Source: Octopus vulgaris
Lineage: Eukaryota
Direction: 5' to 3'
DNA length: 64,000 bases
NCBI GenBank assembly: GCA_951406725.2
Contig: OX597829.1
Coordinates: 11,780,001-11,844,000, forward strand
The first letter of the stretch is position 1. Every line of letters begins with the position of its first letter. Made by a program: the position numbers and the translations under genes. The notes beneath the pieces were generated by a model that ran no database searches, was not told the origin of the DNA, and saw only the letters and a list, made by a program, of their open reading frames with translations. This document shows positions 1-16,836 of this stretch, piece after piece.

Positions 1-133
1 AGAAAACAGCACTGCTTGAAACCGCTCGAATACTCTAGAAGGTACTCGAAAAATAACGGGTGTTACCTTAATTCACTTGTAGTGAACAGCTGACACCGTA
101 ATACATCTCCAGCATTAGAAGCTGTGCAAAGCC

Positions 134-135
<2 letters not shown>
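1..135 (+). mobile_element. 3' end of an R4/Dong-like (REL-endonuclease) non-LTR retrotransposon
   Basis: Reads KTALLETARIL*KVLEK*, resembling the R4-clade C-terminus, then a short 3' UTR running into (TAA)n. Confidence 0.7.
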
Positions 136-198
<63 letters not shown>

Positions 199-232
199 TG
201 ATGATGATGATATGATGATGATGGTGATGATG

Positions 233-313
<81 letters not shown>

Positions 314-348
314 GTAATAATAATAATAATAATAATAGTAATAATAAT

Positions 349-379
<31 letters not shown>

Positions 380-516
380 GTAATAATTATAATAATAGTA
401 ATAATAATAATAGTAATAATAATAATGATAATAATAATAATAGTAATAATAATAATAATAATAATAGTAATAATAATAATAATAGTAATAATAGTAATAA
501 TAGTAATAATAGTAAT

Positions 517-570
<54 letters not shown>
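135..570. repeat. (TAA)n/(TGA)n compound microsatellite
   Basis: Direct observation. Confidence 0.98.
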
Positions 571-571
571 G

Positions 572-760
572 TCCTTTCTACTGGAGGCACCTGGCCTCAG
601 ACTTGTGGGGTGGGGATTAGTCGATTATATCGACCCCAGTGTTTCACTGGTACTTAATTCATCGATCACGACATTATGAAAGGCAAAGTTGACATCGACG
701 GAATTAGAGCTCAGAGCATAACGTCGGACGAAATTCTGCTAAGCATTTCGCCCGGCATAC
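572..760 (-). mobile_element. SINE fragment (family 2)
   Basis: Reverse complement resembles 62700-62865 (ctgagttcaaattccgccg...actttgcctttcat...taagtacca...actggggtcg...taatcgact). Confidence 0.65.
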
Positions 761-761
<1 letters not shown>

Positions 762-791
<30 letters not shown>

Positions 792-895
792 AAGAAGAAG
801 AAGAAGAAGAAGAAGAAGAAGAAGAAGAAGAAGAAGAAGAAGAAGAAGAAGAAGAAGAAGAAGAAGAAGAAGAAGAAGAAGAAGAAGAAGAAGAA
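762..895. repeat. (AAG)n microsatellite
   Basis: Direct observation. Confidence 0.98.
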
Positions 896-1449
896 TATGG
901 ATAATAACAACATGGATGTGCTACACTGGGCTCCCCATTCAAAAACAAATCTAATCTAATAATATCAATGGAATTGGATAAAGGAATCTGTGGAATACTT
1001 GAAGAAAAAAAGAAATTTTACTGCCTTACAAAGCACAGTTTCGGCTATTCACGCGCGAAACACACACGCAAAATCAACACAGGAAAATTTGCAAATTATA
1101 AAAGAGAAATGGAACATGGCAGTACGTACATAAATTGAGTAATTACGCATACACTCGAATGTCTACACAATCATATATACATTTTGATACCCATAGGACT
1201 ACACATACATCTCAATGTTTACACAACTACGTGAAATTTACAGGACACACATTCACGCATATGAAAGCACGTGCACAAACGAAACAAAAACAAAAAAAAA
1301 TGTTTGAATTATCGAACTAACACAGAGAGAGTGAACAATTCATAGGTTTAAAAACACCGCAAAACACTATGCTCGAAGATAAATCTATCAACAAAAAATA
1401 CAGACGAATACAGATCTGTTAGCCTTAAGAAGCTTCGTTACGGGCAATG

Positions 1450-3100
1450 TTTACATGCTGAGAACTCGGTGACGATGTTGTCTCAAAAAATTAACCCTAA
1501 ACAGACAAATCCGTCCCCTAATGTCAACGTCGAAGCTCGTCATACCTCAATGATAACAAAGCAAAATGCAAACCAGATTGGTCGTCGACGGTATTACAAA
1601 GGCCACGGACTCGAATGATGAACCAGATTCGATACAAAAAATCAGCTACTGGTTCAAATCTTCCCGACACACAGGAGCTGGACGTACCCCACTACCGGAA
1701 TATTCCAAAAGATGACGCCCCCCCCCCCATGCTCGTCATCAAATAACCAAAAGAAAAAGAATGAAAAATGGCCTAGGGAAGATAATAAAGAGGCTTTTAC
1801 GGCCTTCTACCATGCCATATATTTTCCCACAGATAAATCTAACACTGTACAAACATACTTAAACTGGAGACAGAAACGCCCTGAAGTAAGACCCTACATA
1901 GACAGTAACAAACTTGCCAACGTTAGAAGAAACATTATAAAAAAGAAATTGCTAACTGAAGTAGAGATTGGCCAAATTAAACAAATAGTAAGGAATAAAA
2001 GCTGCAGCTAAAGAAAATAATAGAGGAAATAATTATAGACCAGCCCAGGGCTGATGAAAATGATTGAAAGAGTTAATGTAACTGATAGGCAAAGTGAAAT
2101 ACTCTCAGAACCATCCATAAACACTAAGGCAGATGAAAATCAAATAGATGAAGAAAGTCACACAGAAATTGACCCCACAGAACTACATGATCTAAAAAAT
2201 CAAATCATGGTTGAATAGCTGAAAATTAAAGAAACCAGTATGAATGAACGCGATATTCTCCCAAAAATACGCAATTCTAACCGAAACCTGAAAATAATTG
2301 GTAAAATCCGCCTTGAACTTAAGGATATAATTTCAGCTAGTGATGTTAATATTATAGATCTCAGCCATCTGTACTATGCATTCGCGAAAATCTCAACGAT
2401 TCTATATGGTGAAGAGATTAGAAAACGACAACATTCCCACAAAACGCTTTCTTGGCAAGAGTGTATTCAACACCAAATTAAGCTCCATAGAATGGTTTGA
2501 CAAGACTATCAAACCTACAAAACCCCGAAAATTAAAGACAAAATATAATACCACCATAGAAACCACCAAACAAAAGGTATGTGCTAAAGCTGCCCGCATA
2601 GTGAGGTATGAAAACCGCGTTAGATGCTTCAAGGACAACAACATGACTTCTGGCTTAAGATCAGAAACAGAAGGATTTATCATACAAGAAACTACCAGGC
2701 CAACATATTAAAGAACGGCAGAAGCCCAACATGTGTATGCCAACAACAAAATGAAACCATTGATCAGGTTGTCTCCATGTGCAATCTTCTTGCGCCTACA
2801 GAGTATCAAAACTGCATGATAGAGCTGCAAAATATATTCACTGGGTAATTTGCAAAAACTTGGACCTGCCCCATGAAAAAACTGGTGGGAATACAAACCA
2901 CTTCCAATGCTCAAAAATGATCACATCACACTCCTCTGGAACTTCACCATTCAAACTGACAGAAAGGCCTGACATCATATTGAAAGACTTCAGACAAAAA
3001 ACATTGCCTCCTCAGTGATATGACTGTCCCAATCGATATAAGCGTATCTGTCAAGACCTAGCAAAAACTGACCAAGTATAAAGATCTTGAAATAGAAATA
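1450..3100 (+). mobile_element. Degenerate, internally deleted R4/Dong-like LINE
   Basis: N-terminal KWPREDNKEAFTAFYHA; C-terminal SETEGFI, C..C....ETIDQVVSMC, HDRAAKYIHW, PDIILKD...DMTVP...KLTKYKDLEIEI (zinc knuckle plus REL endonuclease); many stops and frameshifts. Confidence 0.8.
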
Positions 3101-3104
3101 GAAA

Positions 3105-4820
3105 TTAGGGAAAGTAAATTTCAAAAGAAGAATTTTCCAAGGGACCACGTTATCTCCTTTAATATTTGTCTTATGTTTAATCCCCCTCAGTTTAGTATTA
3201 AGGAAGGTAAATGTAGGGTATCAGTTCAGAAATAGTAGGGAAAAAATTAGCCATTTGCTCTACATGGATGATCTGAAGCTTTTTAGTAAAACTCTTCAGC
3301 AAAGATATAGGCATGGAATTTGGTATAGATAAGTGTACAGTATTAGTCATGAGAATGGCACAGGTAGTCAACAGCGAAGGCATCCAATTACCAGATGGGC
3401 AAACATTAAAATCATTGAAAGGAGGAGATAGTTATAAGTATCTAGGAGTATTAGAATTTGACAGCGTACGAAATTGGCTAGGAATACACCATAAGGGTGA
3501 AGAAACTAATGAAGTCAAAGCTAAATGGTCCGAATCTAGTGAAGGCTGTAAATACTTGGGCAGTATCATTACTTAGATACTCAGCAGCTTTTGTAGATTG
3601 GACAAATTGAACTAGCAAAGCTAGACAGAACTAGAAAGGAATTCAATATGAATGGAGGACTTCACCCAAGGGTAGGAGTAGATTATTCCTACCTAGAAAG
3701 GATGGCGGAAGAAGGTTAATATTAGTAGAAGACTAATATTAGTAGAAGGCTCCTATGTAGGTAATAATGAAGAAAGTTTATTAAAAGCTGCTACAGTCAC
3801 ACAAGGGAAACCAAAAATCCAACTAAAGGAAAAATCGCAAACAATCAACCACCTCCTTTTCATGGATGATTTGAAACTGTATGGCAAAGATGAGACACAT
3901 GTGGGTTCTTTGGTGAACTCGGTCCACTGTTTTAGTATTAATGTTAGAGTGGAATTTGGACTCAAGAAGTGCAGAATAAACTACCTAAAAAAGGACAATA
4001 ATTAATCCAAAAAGGGGCATGATACTGTCCCTAGCATCACTTCGGTATGGAGCGGGTATTATAAAATGGCAAAAGAGAGAAATGAAGAAAATGGATACCA
4101 AGACCAGAAAAATATTGGCAGTATACAGAGCTTCCCACCCTAAGAGAGACATCGATAAGCTGTATTTGTCCAGAAGGAAGGGTGGGAATGGCTTGATCAG
4201 TTGCCAGGTCTGTATCGAAGTTTAGCGTGGTACGGGAAAAAGCCGTGCAGCTAGCTTCATCAAAACTGAAAATTGTATAACTAAAGAAAAATTTAAACAA
4301 GAAATGAACAAAAAAAAGAGAAAAAGCATGGAAAGAAAAGAAAATGTATGGACAGTTTGTAAGAAATTATTTACGCAGCTGCTAAGACAATTGAAACCAG
4401 TTGTATGTCTCTGAAAAAGCAAAGAAATACAAACATGAGAAGAATTCCAAACTGGAAAAGTAAAATTGAAAAAGAGATTGAAAAAGTGAGAAGTGACATA
4501 TCAGTATTGAATGAACTAATCTGTGGAAACGATGTAAAAACGAGAAAAAGAAGAAAGATGAAGAGAAAACAAATTCTCACCAAAAGAAGAACTGCTTTCA
4601 GCAGAAGAAACACTGCAACAAAAAATCCAAGCAAAAGCGCCAAGAATACGAAAATGAGAGAAGAAACAAATTTTACAAGCAAAATAAGCTTTTCACATCC
4701 AATGCGAAAACATTCTACAGAAAAATATGGAAGGAGAAAATAGTCATTGAAGACCCCGCTGACATGGAAGAAGTTGAAAACTTCTGGTAAAATATCTAGA
4801 GTGATGAAAAAGCTTCTGGT
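3105..4820 (+). mobile_element. Patchwork of further R4/Dong-like RT fragments
   Basis: RIFQG..LSPLIFVLCLIPLS, HLLYMDDLKL, MEFGIDKC, YKYLGV; a second HLLFMDDLKLYG at ~3850; LRYGAGIIKW...KTRKIL...LYLSRRKGGNGL. Confidence 0.75.
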
Positions 4821-5149
4821 GTAATGTTCCAGTAACCCGACTTCGACACTCGGCCATCAACAAAAAAAAGCAAAAGTGTAATAGGTGTAAAATAATGTGT
4901 ACTAAACGATTTTGAAAAAAAATGTGCGCTGGCGAACGGGGGAGGGTGAAGAGGTCTAGGAAAGTTCACACGTTCAAACTCACAGGATCCGAAAACTCAA
5001 CGTTAACACTCGGTCACAAAAATGAAAAAGAAATAGTGTAATAGGTGTAAAACAACGTGTAGTAAACGAATATAAAAAAAAACAATGCGTGTTGGCGAAC
5101 GTGGGGGGAAGGGAGACCAGGATAATTCACACGATCCGATTATTTCTTT

Positions 5150-5240
5150 CAGGAAAATGGATATGCTTCCCAACCACTCAGTTCCGGGTTCAGCATGGCA
5201 TCTTGGGAAAGTATCTTCAATTATAGCCTCGGGCCGACCA
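5150..5240 (+). mobile_element. SINE head fragment (family 1)
   Basis: tgcttcccaaccact..gttccgggttcag..ggcatcttggg..tatagcctcgggccgacca matches 34690-34775. Confidence 0.6.
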
Positions 5241-5573
5241 GTGCGTCCTGGAGGCCGAAGGCGGCATTTCAGAGGGAAAATTATCTATATTGTAAACGAA
5301 GATGAAAGCAAAAATTTGCGCTCAAAATTTTTTCGATTCTGCCTTCTGCATAGTGGTATTAACAAAAACAATTGCAGATGTTTGTAAGCCATTCGCTTTA
5401 CATTAAAAGTATATATAATACTAATAATATTGATTGTGGTTATATTAATGATCACACTAACAATAATCAAAATAATGGTAATAATGATAATGCTAATAGT
5501 AATAATAGAAATGTTAATAATGGCAAAAATAGCAGAAATAATAGCAGTAATATCAATAGCAGTATAATGATGC

Positions 5574-5611
<38 letters not shown>

Positions 5612-6563
5612 TAAAATAATAATAATAATAGTGTAAAGGAGGAGGAGGAAATGGTATTAGTAATATTAGTAATAGTTTAATTGATGTCCCGAACGATGCT
5701 AATAAATTTAGATACTGGAAACCAACCCTTTCATAAATTCGTAACCGGCGAAAGTTACATAATTACATAATGTGATACAATTCGCCAAAGACTTCAAATG
5801 CCATTACACAACTTGTCAAGAAATTCTTTGCTTCTTTGCAAAAGCATTTTCCTCCATATAACAACTATTACTTTATTTTAATAAATGGTAAGTTAAAATT
5901 TCTTTTTCTACTACATCAAATCTAGTGGATAATATAGAAATTATAGAAAATCACATTTGAGCGAGGAGATCCTGTATTCCCGCGGAATGACATCATCAGT
6001 CTTTAATTTTCAATTTTACAACTGGCAAAAAGAAAAAGAAAGAAGAGAGAACAGAAAGAAAAGAAAAAGAATATTTAATCAAACAGTTTTGTGTAAATAT
6101 GATGAAATTCCCCTGTCATTTTATTCATTCCTCCATAACTCACAAAAATAATTGTCCTCATGCATTTTGAGGACTGTAAGTGTAGTAGATTCTGAATATT
6201 TTCTGACAATACGCACTTTCAAGTCTTTTTCAAAATTATAGCCGTTTGATGTAAAATATTCGGCAAGTTCTGTCGAACTACTGTTATTGTGCCTGGCGTC
6301 ATACCTGTGTCATTAAATCTTTTGTTTAATTGTTCTATTGTACAAGCAATATAAATCAAGTTGTGTTTAGTGCATTCTGTTGCGTGCACTAAATGGAATC
6401 GCTACACGTCCCACCTTATTGTAGTCTAAAGGCTACAATAGGCAGCTGAGGGAATATTTGTTTGAAACAACATGCTGGTAACTTTCATGTAACACTTTTG
6501 TAACACTTTCATGTAACACTTTTGAAATGCCAGCGAAATGTCGGTGCCGTTTAATCACTAAAG

Positions 6564-9548
6564 CAATGGTTCTCAAACCTTCCAAAAAAACTTTACGTGT
6601 CGGTCCCCTTACAGTTTTTCGATTATTCGTGGTCCCCAATACAATGCAGGATAATTAAGATGGAAAAAAATGACATGCATTCGTGTACCGTAATTTCCGG
6701 ACTATGAACCGCACTGCCCCTAGACCCGCAACCCCGAAAGCTACAATTTAATCCAATAAATTTAATCCAATAAATACACATGAAAATATAGGGAATCAGT
6801 TGATCAATTGGTTACAAAAAGGAGAAACAAAAACAGTCAGAAAATATCCCCAGTGCCCTGTATGAGACCCATTTTTGTCTATTTAGCAAACAGAAACCGC
6901 GAGTTATACACCGGCAACTACGGTATATATACGTTCATGACAGTGTTTTCGAACTTTTGGCATCACCTTCCCCTTTCACCATGTTTGGTATGCTATTCTT
7001 CCCTATTGTCAGAGTATTCCTCTTATTGATTATCCAAGAGGTGTTTTCAACCAATTTACCTATTTTCAGCTGAACAATTTTAATAGCACCCCAGAATGTA
7101 CAGAAGTTTATATCAACCGTCTTCTCTTCCTCTCTTGAAAGTTTGCCATCCCGTTTCCTGAATCCCTGACACAATATGACAACAACAAAAATTATATAAG
7201 AAATTATTTATTCACAAAAGCAGACCATCTGTCATTCTATTTACAGCAAAGTAACCAGCTCTTCTATGTTTGGCTCTGTTTTGAAGAGTGTAATCCTCAT
7301 TTCTGGTGTAGCATCCAGTCGATTTTGTGGCTTCGTTTTGATGGCAAGGAAAGTGGAAAACGCGGTGTCACACTCATAGCTAGTTGGAAATGGCGTCAAT
7401 ACTTTAAGAGCATTCTTTGCAACATCAGGATATGACAGTGCTATTTCAATCCAAAAGTCAGAACAGCACATTCCATGAAAAATCTTTTTGCATTTCCATC
7501 ATTGACCAAATCAATGAACTGCTCTTGAATTAAATTGTCTTCTGCTGGCAGATCGCTAACAGAGAGTACAAATGGATTCCTGATAAAGCGGAAACATTTG
7601 TCAAAGTCGTGAAGATCAGGAAAATAAAAAGAATATTTTTCTGCTACGTGTTATTTCATGAGTTCAACGATATCGTCATCGACTTGAAGCTTGTTTTCAT
7701 CAATAAACATATTTAGTCGAGGAAATGATGCAACGTTCTTTCTATCCAACTTTGGGCGCCAGAGTTCAAGCTTCATTTAGAAAGCAGTTAGCTTTTCATA
7801 AGAATGAAACATGGTTATATCATTCCCTTGCAGTGAAAGATTGACAGCATTCACTGACTCGAATATGCCCAGCAAAAATGCCAGGCAGATTAGAAAACGA
7901 ACATCATAGAACTTGGCGTGCAAATTTGGCTTGGCATCTTGTAAAAACTCGTCCATACTTTTTCATAGAAGAAAAACCCCTCTATATTGTTTTTCATCTC
8001 GTGTATTTCGAAATCAAAATCACTTTCTTTGCACAACTCGACAAACAGACCGGAGTTGAGTGAGTTCGCTTTGAAGTTCATCGCTGTAATCACGTAATTC
8101 AGTACATTTTTTGACTCATCAGGCATGATTTTTACCATTACCGCTTGTACCAATAGCAGTTGGAGATTATTTTTTTTACCAAAGTCTGAAAACCAGAACG
8201 ACAACCAGGAATTTCTGGAGCACTGTCGGAGCACACACCAATGACCCCCAAAATTTGTCCACTTTGTTAAATGTTTCCTTTGCGTTTGTTTTAGTGCTGA
8301 GAGTTTATGAAAACAGGAATTCATCCGCCAGGTGATTGTTATGTACAGACGCAAAGTTGGGCTAAGTTAGAAACATCATTCGTTTCATCAAGCTGGATCG
8401 CGGGAAAATTCAAAAGTAAATCGTGAATCTTAGAGATCAACTGCGACAGAATGTTATAAGATAGCTCAGTAGTTTGCCTGCTAACAGTACTGTTTGAGAG
8501 AGAGACATGTTTCAGCTTCTGAAGTTCAGAACTTTCTAGCACATTCGATATGATATCTTTGCAACAAGGGAATATCAACTCTTCGCCGATATTTTGAGGC
8601 TTTTGGCAACAACTATTTTCCCTGAAACCTCGTATGATGCTTTCAAACCAGTCGTAATATCCACCGAAAACATTCCCGTGTCATCAAGTGTAGATTTCGT
8701 CAATCTGTCGGCTTCGAAGTACCTCTTTAACTTGCTGGGCTTTAGTGAAGTAGACGCCAAAACTTTGGGGCACAAAACACTCTGTAGTTTCCTTATCCAC
8801 CAGACTTTATGACAGTAAAACCGAATTTCAAATAAGATTCGTCATAACTCATTTTCCTTTTTGGAGGCACTATAAAAAAAGATAAAATTTAGTAAACCAA
8901 TTTAATATAACTACATTGTATATTTATTTCGAATTTATCATATACTACGGGTGTGCAAATATGCCTTAGTGTAGCTAGCTTTTGGGTGCACTAATAATAA
9001 AGCTTACCTCTTATTAATTGTGGAATAAAACCAAGTGCATGTGAGCGTTGTTTTGTCCACAGACAAACCTCTGTGAATTGATAACCATTGAGAAGACAGT
9101 TCTGTCGGAGGACGTTGCCATGAAAAACAACTATGCCTTATAAAACCCAGCCACCATGCAGGATGAGAATGGGTATCTGGTAAAGGGGAAGGTCATGTGG
9201 GAACATGCACTGGTGAGGACAACAATGGCGAGAGACATGCAAATGTGTAGATTGCAATGGTGGAGTGGTGAGTCATGGAGTGTGAGCGTAGAATACCGAC
9301 AGCACATGCACGATCAACCGTTACACCCGCATATTTTCCATCGGCCAATCACACTTGTTGTATAAGTGTGATTGGCAAAAGAGTGTGTAGGAGTGGCGTG
9401 GGTTTTTGAGGTTAACGACAAAAAAGGATGATAACATGGAAAAAATTGAAAGTCTTGAAATTTAAAAACTTAACTGTCTCAAACGACTCGTTTTCACGAT
9501 ACTTCAGTATTCTTCCGCAATCCCCCAAAATTCGCTTGAGAACCAGTG
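6564..9548 (-). mobile_element. hAT DNA transposon (Buster/Charlie-like) with decayed transposase
   Basis: TIRs CAATGGTTCTCAA (6564) and TTGAGAACCAGTG (ends 9548); 8-bp TSD CACTAAAG/CACTGAAG; minus-strand remnants SLKPSKLKRY, LSNSTVSR, AIQLDET.DVSN.AQL, FW...YPDVAKNALKVL.PFPTSYECDTAFS..IKTK..NRLD. Confidence 0.9.
7241..8870 (-). pseudogene. hAT transposase pseudogene (ZBED5/8, SCAND3-like)
   Basis: ORF fragments 8575-8775, 8339-8578, 7890-8354 and 7241-7471, including the hAT dimerisation motif. Confidence 0.85.
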
Positions 9549-9784
9549 CACTGAAGGAATTCTATCACATATTTTACTTTGTTTGCTAAAATTATGCGTG
9601 AAAGTTTGACTTTCTTTGCTATGTCATTTGTGATTTCCTTAGCTATTTGCCATTTCCTTTAATCGTGGTTCACTTTAACCGCGTTTGCATGTTTCCAGTA
9701 ATCCCCTCCATCAGTACAAGTCCGTTTTATCCTCAAAAATAATAATAATTTTAATAGTGGTAGTACTAATAACGACGACAACAA

Positions 9785-9945
9785 GACATCAAATTATTCC
9801 TGTAGTTATTGGTGCACTTGGCACAGCCCCCAAAATGCTAAATAAAAGGCTGACGAAAATTGGTATTGAAACACACATTGTCGACCTGCAGAAAACTACC
9901 ATCCCATTTTCTCTAAATATCCTCAAAGTAAAATACCTGTAAACC
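9785..9945 (+). mobile_element. R4-like REL C-terminal fragment
   Basis: IIPVVIGALGTAPKML...LQKTTI. Confidence 0.7.
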
Positions 9946-10616
9946 AAATAAGCATGCACTAGCGAAATAGTTTCCCACCGCACTCAGTGTGGTAACAAGA
10001 ACATATTTGACCTCTGCTGACCGCATGGGTGTGACTGCTTCTTTGTTGATGCCGCAGGGATGTGACTGCTCCTTCCCAGAAACATCTGCTCAACCTATTT
10101 ACAGACTGGTGGCTTTTGGCTATGTGTCCACCAAGTTGCTTCACTTCTTCCTACTATACCCCCAACCCTCATGTATTAGAAGTAAAAACTAAACATATGA
10201 TAATACTATACAGTAGCAGGAGTACAGTGGTAGACTTAACTTAATTTTGCTTGTCCCTGGCAGCAGCTCATAACAATGATGATAACGGCTGCACTGCTGC
10301 TGTGGCTACAAAGGATGGCCGCAAGCACAGAGACTGCGACAGTAGTAGTGATAATCACTACCGCTGAGGTAATTCCAAACACAGAATCACAACAACTATC
10401 ATTGATGAGGAACTTTCTTCCACTGTTACCTATGTTTAAACTATCTCCCTTTGATGCAGAATCCTCAGTATATAGAATCTTCACGATATGCCAAAAGCTG
10501 GGATATCTTAGAAGCAGCTGTCAGAGACTAAACTTTATATGGCATAGCTAAATTAAATGTCATTGTCAAGTCTTTCCAATCTGTTTGCCACTTCTTTTCC
10601 ACTTTATTTTAGATAT

Positions 10617-14022
<3,406 letters not shown>

Positions 14023-14125
14023 GATAGGTAGATAGATAGATAGATACATACAAACATACATACATACATACATACATACATACATACATACATACATACA
14101 TACATACATACATACATACATACAT
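14023..14125. repeat. (GATA)n(CATA)n microsatellite
   Basis: Direct observation. Confidence 0.95.
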
Positions 14126-14226
14126 CATTATTATCATTGCTTAACATCCGTCTTCCATGCTGGCCAGGCGGGAGCCTGCACAAGACTTCTGTGTCTGTTT
14201 TAGTATAGTTTTTACAGCTGGATGCC

Positions 14227-14288
<62 letters not shown>

Positions 14289-14964
14289 ACACACACACAC
14301 ACACACACACATAAATATAAAGATATATATATAATTTCCAAAATTTTCAAAAATCTTTGGTTGATGGGGATATATAATCCAAGCGGGTACCAATATGCAC
14401 TTCTACCGATTGATAATGCTGAAAATCCAATTGTCTCTATAGAAGCTGTATGCTTTTCGATAGAAGAGAAATAATAATGAATCAGTTTAAGGAAAACAGA
14501 GAATAGAGAATATCCAATTTATTTTATTTATGCAGTCATTTATGATCTTCTTTCTTCGCTTACATAACGTTTCCGCCACTATCAAAATGCATCTTTTTCG
14601 TCCATTATGATGCTACAATCCATCAAGTGCTTCATCAAGGCATTTTGATCGCAATTTTGATTTTTCTCGAAATGGAAATTAATTCCAACCGAAATTTTAT
14701 TTTTTTTTCCTTTAGTCAACTGCATGGTGGTATAGTTCTTAGAATAGCTCAAGCTAACCTATTGATCCTACTGGTCAACGGGAAGAATTAATTGCCATAA
14801 ATGTAGGTCGTACGACCTACATTTATTGCAGTTAATTCTTCCATTTGAGGTCTTAAGATCAATTTACTGTAATTAATGTTTGTAATGTTGCCGCCCCTAG
14901 CTCATTCGTTTAATACTATTCCTACTATTCCATGACCACCCCTATAGTTGTTTTTGCTACTATT

Positions 14965-15022
<58 letters not shown>

Positions 15023-15727
15023 GGATTTTTTCTGTTTGTTGCCTCCAATAATTAAAGTTTACTAAAAATTCTAAAATTTGCCCAAACTGAATTGCTGGAT
15101 TTCATTCTTTCCAGTTAGGAAACAGGATTTGGAAGCTGTCATTTTTAATGTCACTTCACGTTTTGTTGTCAACATCCTGAACACAGCACGTGTTGTCAAT
15201 ATTTGTAAACAACACCTGTTATGTCTCCGGTAATTTTCTTTCATGTAAATTAATGTTAATTTAAAAGAGAAAAACAGTTAGTTTTAAATCTCTGAGTGAG
15301 ATGCTAGCAAATAAACTTTAATTTAAAAGATTTATCGAAAAACTCTTATTTAGCTGTTATTTTTAGTACACCTCACAGCCACCTCAATGCTCAATGACAA
15401 AAAGAAACGAGTAAACAAGACTGTTGTCAACATGTGCTTCCTCACAGATTTTTCAAAGACTGTTACAATGGCAACAGGCAAAAGAATTCTCATGTTTCAG
15501 CTTGTTACTATCGAAACAGACATGAATGTGTCTTTGGCTTATGATTGGCTAAAATTACCAAAATTTTCAAATTTTAATTACTAATAACTCTTTATTATTG
15601 ATTTATAGCGAAAATTACTTTCAAGTCATTAAGTAGCCTATAAAAATGTATCATTACACTGAATATGATATCAATTCGAACAGAAAATTGACGCTAGCAG
15701 CCGTAGGCAACCAAACAGAAAATATCT
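15023..15727. mobile_element. Non-autonomous TIR element (MITE-like, ~700 bp)
   Basis: GGATTTTTTCTGTTTGTTGCC (15023-15043) is an imperfect inverted repeat of GGCAACCAAACAGAAAATATCT (15706-15727); TTA repeats on both sides. Confidence 0.6.
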
Positions 15728-16279
15728 TTATTATTAATAATTATTTAATATAAGTAGGTATTTCCCAACTTTATCTAGATCAGTTGCAGAAGATAAAACA
15801 AAAATATGACAGACCTGTCACATTTTCAACATTATTAAAACTCTGCATGGTGCAAATCGCAATTTAGTTTCATAGATGTAGGTTGTAAGAGTTTCTAATT
15901 CATTGTGAGGTGGCATAAATTCTGATTCATACTTTGCTTTTAAAACTTTCCAAAATTAAAATGATACAGATTCATCATGGTTATCATTTCATATTGAAAA
16001 AATTCTGTTATACATTTTTTAACCTCCGTGATGAGAACATTTTAATTGTGCCGTTCAGAGAAGTTTTTACTAATGATATAGCCATATTCACACTAAAGCA
16101 TTCATCAAATTGCCACAAGAAACCAGTAATCATGTAAAATTATGAGTTAAACCATGTTAATAACCCAGTTAAACCTAGTAAACTCTGATTAAAATAACTT
16201 ACAAATGAGGATTAAATGTTTCAAGATTGATACTGATAAAAATATTTATAATTTTCTTTAAGTTCTTTTGTTCATTTAT

Positions 16280-16626
16280 TTGTTTCAGTCATTTAACTTG
16301 ACTGCAGCTATGCTGGAGCACCATCTTGAAGGGTTTTAGTCAAAGAAATTCTGTCAGTCTCTTTTGCTGAACTGCAATGTTACAAGGACGTAAACACACC
16401 AAGCAGTGATGGGGGACAAACACAGACACTAAAACACGCGCACACACACATAAATGCATATACATATACATGGGCTTCTTTCAGTTTCCGTTTACCAAAT
16501 CCATTTATAAGGCTTCAGTCAGCCCAAAGCTATAGCAGAAGACATTTGCCCAAGGTGCCACACACTGGGACTGAACCTGGGACCATGTTGTTGAGAAGCA
16601 AGCTTCTTACCACACATACCTGCGCC
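16280..16626 (-). mobile_element. tRNA-derived SINE (family 1)
   Basis: Reverse complement of the 34660-35075 type sequence. Confidence 0.8.
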
Positions 16627-16836
16627 TGTGCATATTACTCTTAGATTGGAAGTCAATGTTTTCTTTCGCTAGAATGCCCAACTGACCTGTAATTTGATAT
16701 ATTGATGTATATTTTGTCTATGGGTGTAAGATTGTCTGTTAGTTTTTTATTATGTCACTGGAAAGTCATTCTGTTTTAATGCCTTATTTATTAACGTAAG
16801 GCATTATGTTTTGGTTCGATTTCTACTTAATTTTTT

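Noticed and set aside
212-954. Poly-I, poly-R, poly-F and poly-S ORFs
   Set aside because: They are translations of trinucleotide microsatellites
10276-10551. ORF ending TICQKLGYLRSSC, a possible gag zinc-knuckle remnant
   Set aside because: The motif is incomplete and no pol, LTR or PBS is nearby
14350-14474. Possible host exon in unique sequence
   Set aside because: No recognisable protein and no convincing splice-site pair
14550-14645. Minus-strand UUGAUGA...GAAACGUU hammerhead-like spacing
   Set aside because: Helices I and II do not pair convincingly
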